Shown here in pieces: positions 50,136 through 62,100 of a stretch of 64,000 bases of DNA. The DNA is taken from NCBI RefSeq assembly GCF_964355755.1, contig NC_092678.1:18121365-18185364 (forward strand), in the 5' to 3' direction. Numbering within the stretch: the stretch's first letter is position 1; each line of letters begins with the position of its first letter. The translations under genes were made by a program, and so were the position numbers. The stretch comes from Antedon mediterranea. Taxonomy: Eukaryota; Animalia; Echinodermata. The notes beneath the pieces were generated by a model, which was not told the origin of the DNA, did no database searches, and was given only the letters and a program-made list of their open reading frames with translations.

Positions 50136-53100
50136 ACTTCCACAGTGAAGACTGAGCCAACAAACATTGTGACATTGAAGAGCACTGGCCAATCTGCAGT
50201 AGTACGAGATGGAAAGCAAGTTATGATCACAACTTCACAAGGAATTTCTCAAGGGCAACTGGTCAACCAACCTCAACAGCTCCAGTTCCAGAGTCAACAG
50301 GTTATACGTCCAAAGCAACCAGTGATTATTGTTGGCCAAAAACCTCGACTCATTCAACCTAATATTTCCATAACGCCCAAGCAGCAGCCATTGCAACCCA
50401 GAATAACAACACAAACTGCAGCTACAAGAGCTCAGATAATTACATCTTCGCCAAGATTTGTTCAGCGGTTTCAGGTTCCACAGAATATGGCCATTCGGAA
50501 TACGTCCATAGCAGCTATTCCAGTGACACAGTCGATGCAGATCGGTCCTCAAGGGTTAACCCGATTACCAACTTCAACAGTGAGGTTAGCCAACCCACAG
50601 AAGCCTCTGATGCAGCACATCCACACTGTCAAAAGAAGTGTGAAACCTCTGCAAGCTGGTATTAAACAAACCTCAGGAAAACTCAATGTTCCTGTTGTGC
50701 AGCCTGCAGCTCAGACTGCTCCACAGATTATTGTGAAGCCATCTCAACAGACCACACTCAGCCAGCAAAATGTAGCTATTCAGCCTGCTCAGTTACCATC
50801 AAACCAGCCTTTCAAAACAGTAGTGGGAAACCCAGCAATAGTTCCTCCCATTAAAAACAATAACAAATCATCAAAATTAGTCCAACATGTTACAGTAGCC
50901 CCACAACAGTCTGGGATAAATATTTTGAAGCCACAACTATCCAAAGTCAGTGTTCCACAATGCACGTTCACACACGCTTCTAGCAAACAGCAAATGACTT
51001 TGGCTACACAGGTTTTACAGCCTGTAGGCACTCCAACGTTCATTACTACTGGTACTCCAATACCAGCAGGATCAAGATTTGTAATATCTCAACAACCAGG
51101 TACTGGAACACCCCTCAACATCATACAGACAGGGGTTACCTCTCCACATGTAATATCTACACCAAAGCAAGTAGTGCCTGTAACTTCAACATCTCAGAAG
51201 CAAGTCAGCATTGTAAACACACAGGTATCGAACAGTAGACCTATTGTAGCAAAACAAGGAACAACTCCGCAAATATTGACACAGAATATAAGACTTACTA
51301 CAGGGAATATAATTTCCCAAGGTGCTTCTGATATCAGACCACAAACAGCAACAATCTTGCAACAACCATGTAGCATTCAGCAACTGACTACCATTCAAGG
51401 GGTTACAGCAGCAACGTCAGCAGCTGGCAATAAGAACCAACAACCTGTTCCAGCGCAAATCACTCTCCCTCCTGAACTTGCACAAACACTGCAAGCAAAG
51501 ATAGTTGAGCAACTGCAATTGCAGCAGGCTTTAAGGGTTAGCAGTGGCCAGCCAATCCAGCAACTGACAACTGTATCACCAGGCATCCACAAGAACCCAC
51601 CGATCATTCTTACACCTCAAATGCAAAATGCATTGATAGCGAAAGGACCGCCACCACTTCAGGTCACACAAACGGCAACAAATATGACCCAGAAATTTAT
51701 TATTCAGCAACCAGTACAGACATCGATGGCAAGTACTAGCAAAATTTGCAACACCTCTTCTGTGCAGCCGCAAATAATATCACAGCCACAGGTGTTCTCA
51801 CATCCCAATGTGATTTCCCAACCACAAGTAATCTCACAGTCTCAAGTTATCTCTAATCCACAAATATTTTCCCAGGCCCAACTCATATCACAGCCACAAG
51901 TTATCTCACAGCAACAGTTAAACTCACAGTCCCAAGTAATCTCACAGCCGCAAGTCATCTCGCAGCAACAGTTAAACTCACAGCCCCAAGTCATCTCACA
52001 TCCTCAAGTCATCTCACATCCTCAAGTCATCTCACAGCAACAATTAAACTCGAAGTCCCAAGTAATCTCACATCCTCAAGTAATCTCACAGCAACAGTTT
52101 AACTCACAGTCCCAAGTACTCTCACAGCCTCAAGTCATCTCACAGTCTCAAGTCATCTCGCAGCCTCAAGTCATCTCGCATCAACAGTTAAACTCAAAGT
52201 CCCAAGTACTCTCGCAGCCTCAAGTCATCTCACAGCCTCATGTCATCTCACAGTCTCAAGTCATCACGCAACCTCAAGTCATCTCGCAGCAACAGTTAAA
52301 CTCAAAGTCCCAAATACTCTCGCAGCCTCAAGTCATCTCACAGCCTCAAGTCATCTCGCAGCAACAGTTAAACTCACAGTCCCAAGTAATCTCACAGCCT
52401 CAAGTACTTTCTCAATCCCAGTTGATTTCCCAGCCACAAGTCATCTCTCAGCCTCAAATTCTGACAAAGCAACAGATACTCTCACAGCCACAAGTCATCT
52501 CGCAGCAGCAAGTGCTAACCCAACCACAAGTTATCTCCCAACCTACCAACACGCTACAAACTACACAACAGCCGACTAGCATCTCAATTCAACCAGTAAC
52601 AACTACTCTAGCCAACATCCAGCAGAAGCCCTCTTCATCAAGTCAGATGACCACAACTATTGTACGGCCACAGCTGATACAAACCAGTGGCAACCAAGCA
52701 ACAATTGGTTTAATCCGAATGAGTATTGCGCAGCCTATACTTCCAAATATGACTGTGACGAGTACCAACTCATCGGTGGTAGGTGTGCGTGCGGCCTTGC
52801 AGAACGTGGTGCAAGCCAGAGTTGCCAACTGTGCTGAAACGGTCCAAGCCGTTAGTCGTGCGCCCATCATATCACCGATGCTCTCGCCACAGATCATTCA
52901 GTCGCAGCAGATAAGCCAGCAAGTGGCTAAAATTGTCAGACCAGGAAGTTCATATCAGGTTAGTGATAACATACTATTAAAACCTGCCAGTTTTTCTATT
53001 TTTTTAAATGAATTTTTTTTCGCTGTGTCATTTACAACTATATCATTATCACCAGTGCTATACTTTTATTAACTAACTTAACAAAAGTGTAAACAATATA

Positions 53101-56100
53101 TTTAAAAATAAAGGTTTTTGTTACTCCATTTAGTTGCCTGCATCCACAAAGATCTCAAGTCTGTTTACTCCGATGCCTGAAGACTTTCAGATGGAAGACG
53201 AGGCAAAGAAAGATCCCGTGTCCACAATAGACTATGCCATCACGTAAGCTTTCTAAAGATAATTTATATTATAATCACAAAACGTCTTGTACGGTTTGTT
53301 GTATCAGGCGTTGTCTTTTGAGGAATGGCAGTGCGATCACTCGCCTATCACACACCCAAGATGCACTTGAAGAGTGAGATTTACAGTACATTTAAATTTG
53401 GTACAATTAAAATCATAAACAGCAAACCTAAATCACACCTGAATGTGTTTGAAGACTACCTGCAATTTTCAACAGAGTGCACTTTGATTGTTTTCCTGTC
53501 CACATTTTTTAAACCCATCTTGTCCAAGTTTACTGTGATCAGCACTATGTGACTAGACAATTTAATCTTTCTACACTGTTCTGAATATAATCATATAGGG
53601 GTTTGATGGCTTTTTAAGTGACTGCGCGAATGCCAATGACTTTGTTCTAATTTCACCTTCCATAATACTGATAATGTTTAGTTTCATTACTGTAGGATGC
53701 AAGGCAAACACAACGTAAATTGACCAATCACAAGCGATGGATTATCCAAACTGTCACAAATTGCTTGCTTGTGTGTATTTTTACCTAATTTTATCTGTTT
53801 GAAATGATTACTTTACTTCCATGATTGTATTTTTAGATTTAAATTTTTTTTTAGACATAACATGTTGTGTGCACAAGTGAATATCAAAAGGAAGCGAAAA
53901 CTTGCAGAATCTGCTGAGAAGGTCAGTGAACCTCCTGCAAAGGTAGAGAAACCTAATGAACCGGAACCAGTCATTCAAGAACAGGTCAAAGGTAACTAGT
54001 ATCAATATATTGTCAAATAGATACAGAAACTGGAAACTCTCTTTTAATCAAATACAAATAGTAATATCCTGGATTTATTAAACTTTACTTTATCTGTTTT
54101 ACATATTATTATTTACCCTGATCATTTTTTGATCAAACATGTATAAAAACATACTCCCATAATCAGCACAAAGTTGTGTCATGACCTTACCAGGTACCCA
54201 TTTTTACACCTGGGTGGAGAAAGGCAAATGTAAGTGTCTTGGCTGAAGGATACAAGAAATGCAATGAGTGCTGAATTCAAATTCACGATCATTAGTCATT
54301 AAATTTAATAATATCCTCAATAATAGCCTAATAAAATTTCTTTAAACAATAAGATATTAATAATGTTGATAATAATAATAATAAATAAATATACTTATTA
54401 TAGGCCTATAACTCCATCGAAAGTTGAGTGTTGTACTTTTTCACTATTGTATAATTCATTTCTTTTTCTTTAAACTTATGAACGCACCGTCATAAAACGT
54501 GTGCCGCTGTTCTAAAAGCGTCTGTTCAATAAAGTTATTATTATTATTAGTTCAAAGTCAAACACACTACACTACACTCCCTTACGAATATAACACATTG
54601 TAAAATGATTTATAAAATAATCTTCATAAATAATTTTTAAGCTGAAGCTGAACCTGAACCAACACAGACCACAGAACAACCTGTGCAGACGACACCACTA
54701 CTACCTCCACCGGCACCACCACCGCCGCCACCACAATCCGAATTTTCATGGGATGACTATTTAGAAGCAACCGGCTCACAACCTGTACCTCAGAAAAATT
54801 TCAGACATGTAGGTTTCAAAGCTTTGTATTTGATTGTTTTCGTGCCATCTGATTGGTTAATTGTCTAGCATGTGTGATGTATGTGTTATTGTTTGTTTTG
54901 TAAAATGCGGAATAAATTGAATTGATTTTTAGAACAGTAGGTGTGTTATAAAACATTACTAAATGTTTTGAATAAATGGGAATAATATTTCATGTAATGT
55001 AACTCATGTAATAAACTCCTCTGCACCTTTCGATTCTACCCCATTGCAACATGGTAAACAGAAACAAAAGAGGAATCATGGCCTGGAATTTAAGAACTCA
55101 CTGAGCATTGTTTCTTTCACAGGTTGAGGATTCACTCCAGAATGGCCTGACTGCTGGCATGATGGTAGAAGTACCCAACCAAGTGCATCCATTTGTCTCT
55201 CAGAAGACTTACTGGGTTGCCAAGATCATTGCGACCTGTGGCCAGCTTTTGCTGCTGCGTTATGAAGGCTACATGGATGATCGATCTGGTGACTTTTGGT
55301 GCAATATCGCATCTGGTGAAGTACATCCGATTGGCTGGTGTGCACGCATGGGAAAGAAGCTACAGCCACCATTTTGTAAGTAGGAAGTTTACATCGAATT
55401 AGGGTGCAGACATTGCTATCATCAAACTCCTTAACAGAGAGCCATTTGAGAATTATATAAAACTAACTAAATTATGGTGAATAGATAAAATAGCATAATA
55501 GTATACAGAAATTAATGATTGTAAATTTATTTTCACAGCAATTATAGAAAAACAGTCAAATTGGAGTGAATTCCTTGTAAAGGCATTGACTGGATCAAAG
55601 AGCATTCCTAACTACCTACCAGACATGGTGAGTACATCAAAGAGTTCATTTCTTTTATTCATCCACTACCTGCTTCTATCATCAGTCACAGAGCATTTTA
55701 CACATAAAGTTTTTTTCCTATGGGACGCAACCCAATGCAAGCAAATTGACCAATGGCAAGCGACAGTTTAAAAAATCTATCGCTTGTGATTGGTCTAATC
55801 ACTTGTTTGGTGCTTACGTCGTTTGGAACCAAGCTCAATTGCTCAAACTGGTGACTATGAAATGTGTTTTTTTCTTTCACTTATGCTGTGTTTTTTTGTC
55901 TGGACTGCAACACTAACAGTCAAAGATTATCCCAACTTGCCCTAGAGTCTTGGTAAGTATTTTTCTCCTACTTTTCTTTTGTCTCCACAATTATTTTACC
56001 TTTTAACCTTTCTTTGTTTTCCATTTTCATTTTGTCATTTATGTTTTTCTGTTGCTCTCCTAACTTTTGTTCTGCATCCCATTCTGATAGCGACCTTTTC

Positions 56101-59100
56101 TTGTCTTCTCAAAGGTCAAATAAGTTTCTGATAATGCGGAAAATGACTTTTTTACTCGAGGTGCGATGTGAAAATTTGTTTTTCGCACTACCAACTAGAT
56201 GTAATGAATATAGTACTGTAGTGTGTTTTTTGTCCAAAGTTTGCATGACTAGAATATTTCTAATAATTTCGTTTTAAATTTGATTCTCAAAGAGATGTTT
56301 AATGGATTGTCCTAGTCACAAGATGTTTACAGTTTATATAAATGTGGTTTTGTTTATTACAATAGACATCCTTAATGCACCTTTTAGGCCAAAAAAGTGT
56401 CCCCTTAATAGGGTGTCCCTTAACTATACCCCTTCACACCAAAAGCAAAACTCCGGAGACACTCCGGAGACACCCCGGAGTTGACGCCCCGCTGTTTGGT
56501 GTGAAAGGTAAAATCAAGCAACTCCGGAGTTTAAAACTGCGGGGTTGAACAGCTGAACATTCTCCGGAGAGCAAACTGCGGGTACACCCCGGTGTTTTGG
56601 TGTGAAAGGTACCAACATCAAACTCCGGAGTGTTTCGGGTCAAAAGGTCATCCTCACACGATCACTCATTGCTTTAGTTTTATTTCAAAATACTTTAAAT
56701 ATTTGTACAAAATATATAGCGGGTTCAAAAAATAATAAGTAGTATCAATAAAACATTATATTACTTCTGAGACTTTTGAAAGTAATTATTAAATTAAACA
56801 TATTATTAATTAAAATGATTCTAATGATCGTCGCTATGTAAACAAACAAAATAGAGGGCGACATTTACAATTTTATTTTATAAACCCCGGAGTTGCTAGG
56901 TTGGTGTGAAAGGGGTATCTCCGGAGTTTCTCGACGTTTTGAATGGTCATAAACCCCGGGGTGTCTTCGGAGACACTCCGGAGTTTTGGTGTGAAAGGGG
57001 TACTAGAGTGTTCTAAAGGAGGGGTTTTATTGTAGTGGTCATACATTCGAAAAAAGTGTCCCTTGAAAGGAGTGTCTCCTGAATAGGGTTGGCCAAAGTG
57101 TTTAAACATAATTATATTGTCCCTCGTTCTTTTTACGGAAAACTTTCCCCTTAATAAGATTGTCATCTGAATTAGAATGTCTCCTGAATTAGAATGTCCC
57201 CTGAATTAGAATGTCCCCTGAATTAGAATGTCGCCTGAATTAGAATGTCTCCTGAATTAGAATGTCCCCTGAAATAGAATGTCCCCTGAAATAGAATGTC
57301 GCCTGAATTAGAATGTCCCCTGACTTAGAATGTCCCCTGAATTAGAATGTCCCCTGAAATAGAATGTCGCCTGACTTAGAATGTCCCCTGACTTAGAATG
57401 TCCCCTGAATTAGAATGTCCCCTGACTTAGAATGTCCCCTGAATTAGAATGTCCTCTGAATTAGAATGTCGCCTGAATTAGAATGTCCTCTGAATTAGAA
57501 TGTCCCCTGAATTAGAATGTCGCCTGAATTAGAATGTCCCCTGAATTAGAATGTCGCCTGAATTAGAATGTCCCCTGAATTAAAATGTCCCCTGAATTAG
57601 AATGTCCCCTGAATTAAAATGTCCCCTGAATTAGAATGTCCCCTGACTTAAAATGTCCCCTGAATTAGAATGTCCCCTGAATTAGAATGTCCCCTGAATT
57701 AGAATGTCCCCTGAATTAGAATGTCCCCTGACTTAAAATGTCCCCTGACTTAAAATGTCCCCTAACTTAAAATGTCCCCTGACTTAAAATGTCCCCTGAC
57801 TTAAAATGTCCCCTGACTTAGAATGTCCCCTGACTTAAAATGTCCCCTGAATTAAAATGTCCCCTGAATTAGAATGTCCCCTGAATTAGAATGTCCCCTG
57901 AATTAGAATGTCCCCTGAATTAGAATGTCCCCTGACTTAAAATGTCCCCTGACTTAAAATGTCCCCTGACTTAAAATGTCCCCTGACTTAAAATGTCCCC
58001 TGACTTAAAATGTCCCCTGAATTAGAATGTCCCCTGAATTAGAATGTCCCCTGAATTAGAATGTCCCCTTAATTAGAATGTCCCCTGAATTAGAATGTCC
58101 CCTGAATTAGAATGTCTCCTGAATTAGAATGTCTCCTGAATTAGAATGTCTCCTGAATTAGAATGTCTCCTGAATTAGAATGTCCCCTGAATTAGAATGT
58201 CCCCTGAATTAGAATGTCCCCTGAATTAGAATGTCCCCTGAATTAGAATGTCCCCTGAATTAGAATGTCCCCTGAATTAGAATGTCTCCTGAATTAGAAT
58301 GTCTCCTGAATTAGAATGTCTCCTGAATTAGAATGTCTCCTGAATTAGAATGTCTCCTGAATTAGAATGTCCCCTGAATTAGAATGTCCCCTGAATTAGA
58401 ATGTCCCCTGAATTAGAATGTCCCCTGAATTAGAATGTCCCCTGAATTAGAATGTCGCCTGAATTAGAATGTCTCCTGAATTAGAATGTCGCCTGAAATA
58501 GAATGTCGCCTGAAATAGAATGTCGCCTGAATTAGAATGTCGCCTGAATTAGAATGTCGCCTGAATTAGAATGTCCCCTGAATTAGAATGTCCCCTGAAT
58601 TAGAATGTCCCCTGAATTAAAATGTCCCCTGAATTAGAATGTCCCCTGAAATAGAATGTCTCCTGAATTAGAATGTCCCCTGAATTAGAATGTCTCCTGA
58701 ATTAGAATGTCCCCTGAATTAGAATGTCTCCTGAATTAGAATGTCTCCTGAATTAGAATGTCTCCTGAATTAGAATGTCCCCTGAATTAGAATGTCCCCT
58801 GACTTAAAATGTCCCCTGAATTAGAATGTCCCCTGAATTAGAATGTCCCCTGAATTAGAATGTCCCCTGTTCTACTGTTGTAGTTGTCATAAAATATAAA
58901 AAGTGTCCCTTGATAGGAGTGTCCTCTGAATAGTTTGGCAATAGTGTTAAAACATATTGTCACTCATTCGTTTCATGGATGAGTGGTCCCTTATTAGGAG
59001 AGTTCTATAAACCGCCGTAGTGTTCTACTATGTGTCACTTTCACATTCTAAATATCATAATTTTCAATAATTGTCAATATTGTCTTATCCACTAGATCAC

Positions 59101-62100
59101 TAGCTGCCTGTTGATTGATCGTATCCAGCCCGGTATGTTCCTTGAAGTACTAAATGAACATGACCCAACGAAAGCCTGGCCTGCTATGATCAGAGAGAAC
59201 CGTGGAGGCTACCTAAAGCTAGCGTATGTCGGCACCTCAAAGGAGTCTAAAGAGTACTTCTACCTCTGGTACACACACTGGAGACTACATCCTTTGGGCT
59301 GGGCATTGTCAAAGAAATTATCATTGAAGCCTCCTGAAGGTACAATTCATTTGTAATGACTAATACTTATTAATAGTTTCTTTCTATTAAGCTCTGTCTA
59401 CACTATCAAATTGGTTTGACAAAAACAGTTGTGATGTGCCCAAATTTGGTAGTGATATTCCCAAATATGGTAGTGATATGACATCATCATGTCCATCATG
59501 GGTATGTCACATAATGCTTGATAATGCAGACAAGGCTTTACACAAATGACATTTTGAAACTAATTTAGTTTAGTACTTTGCATAACAGAAATATGTAACA
59601 ACTGTAATTGATACAGCAAATATATTCTTTGAGTAAGACCTCTATTTGAGGGACATCCTATTAATATATTCTTTGAGAAAGACCTCTATTTAAGGGACAT
59701 CCCTATTAAGGAGAAACTATGTTGTGAATCGCACAAATGGCATTGTTTCAACATGACCAAGGTGATACTCTAAGAAGAAACTTTGTTAGTTGCATTTATC
59801 AGTTTAGTGAACTACCCTTTGCAAAAAAGCCGTATACGATCCGTATACGGCTTTTTTGCAGAGGGGATAAACAACACGGAACAGCCTGGGTTTTTATGCT
59901 TGATACAAAAATAACGTCTCGTAAAATACAGCACCAATTTTTTTCATTCGCGAAAATTATGAACTATATAGGGAATTTAATGTACATATAATGACTGAAA
60001 AAAAACAAACAAATTGTACACTAATAATATTGAAGTCAAGATGCTCCTGGCTAGCTGCCAACGTAAACGTACGCTATCGTCGTCTTGCAAAAAGAGGGAC
60101 AGTCCCTTTTCGCTTGGTAATATGATGCAGTTTGTATACACGCGTCGTATACGGAACGTATACGGATCGTATAATTAGGAAATTGTTCATAAATGATCGT
60201 ATACGGTTCGTATAAGTTTATTATGCGGGCAGGAACTTCCGAATTAACGTATACGTTTCGTATACGAAGTGGACTTCCTATACGAAACATAAACGTACAG
60301 TATGTAAATCGTATATGTTCGTATACGGCTTTTTTGCAAAGGGTAACACAGGCTTCAAATGTGTTTGGTCCTAAATGTGTCCCCTTAATAGAGGTTCGAT
60401 TGATCAGTTAATTGATTTGATTGTTTTTAAAGCATTGGTGTCTGAAAACAGCCAGAAGACGATATCACAGTGGAATGGTTACCAGCAAGAAGCTTTCAAA
60501 TCATCAGCTGAGAAGCCATTACCTGTTGATTTTTTTAAGGTCAGTTTAATTTGACATGTCCCATTATCACTAACATGATCAAGGCAGTGGGGCTCGACGG
60601 TTCGAACAAACACTCCTTTTTGCTGCCCTTTTCAAACCATGTAAATTAGGACTGTGTACCTCTTTCACCTTTTGTAGCATAACTTAGGAGTGTTCACACA
60701 ATACAAAATGACCATGTTGATGTCACAGTGTGAGTAAACTAGGCTAGGTGATGTGAAAGAGGTACTAGATACTAGCTGCGAAAGTGATGGTAAATTGTTC
60801 TAACTAGCCTAGCTTATAACAATTGTTTAATACAAGTTTGGTTTTGCATTTTCCTAATTTTAATCCAATCATTTTTTGACAAACACTAAACAAGAGTAGT
60901 ACAAACAGAAGTTTGAGAAAAACATTAGGCACCAAAAGTCACCACGACTTCAACACAGACCCATGATTGCAAAAATTGGTTGAGATGGTGCAGTGAAGAA
61001 CCCACTTCCTCTCCTCCCCTTCCTTCCTCCTCCTCTTCCTTCCGCCTCCCCAAACAATTGTCTAAGAGATTCGTAATTGTAACGTCTTGCTTTCTCAAAC
61101 CTAATACTTCAAATGAGACAATTCAATGAAACATGTAAACACTGATAAATTTGTTTTCAACTATACCCTAAAAACACCAATTTTGCTTGTATTTTGAACG
61201 ATGTATTTTATGTAATTTAATCTCATTTTTGTATTTTTATGTGAATTTTTTCCTTTTTTAACAACCAAAAATAATGTTTAAGCCATGTATTTTACTGTGT
61301 TTGAATAAACAAAATGTCAATAAATTGTTTTTAAATTATTGATATTATTTCAGGACCAAAAAGATATTAAAGAACACTATTTCCTCATTGGTATGAAGAT
61401 GGAAGCTGTCAACCCAAAGCGCCAGTGGGAGATTGGCCCGGCAACTGTGTCAAAGGTCTTCAACAAGTATTTCTTCTTGGTACGCATGGATGATCACAAA
61501 GGCGGAAATCTTCCGGTACAGTTTATTTGCTATCAGGATTGCCCTGGAATTTTTCCAGTCAACTGGTGTAGAAGAAATGGAATCAACATCGCTAAACCGC
61601 CAGGTAGGTTGAAGATGTGTTTAATTATTTCAACCATCCCATTGCACCCAACTCTTTCTGTGCACTCTTCTGCTCCCATGAGTGCACGATATCTCAGTCT
61701 CGAGGCATAAGTCAGCACGTTTAAGAATCTGTTGTTATACTAGACAAACACCAATACTCCATCCAGGTGTATGAATGGGTAAAGCACCAACTGCGAGGAG
61801 GGCCAATCCGAATTTCCTCAGTTTTCAGTTAAACTTAAAGAACCAGAATAAGTTAACATTTAACATTCAATGATCATTGAGGCATAACCTGTTGGTATTG
61901 CAGTTGGCAAATTGAGATTATTTTTTTTCACGTGGTTGTAGACTATAAATTGTTGTTATATTTTAATCTTTATGTGACTTTTTTTACATAGGTTACGATG
62001 TCCAAGTGTATCGTTGGCAAGATTACCTAAAGTACTGCAAGTCTCTAAGTGCTCCAGAAAGATTCTTCCGAACTGTAAGTTTTAGAAATTCATTTTCCGT

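Noticed and set aside
50235-52897. Antisense ORFs over the giant exon
   Set aside because: Shadow ORFs produced by the codon bias of the plus-strand exon.
52959-53072. C-terminal 37 aa of the 1014-aa ORF (hydrophobic, TM-like)
   Set aside because: It is intronic read-through past the CAG|GTTAGT donor at 52959; the composition switches abruptly to AT-rich.
57165-58868. 17-bp array as CRISPR or telomeric repeat
   Set aside because: No spacers, the unit is not telomere-like, and it lies in an intron.
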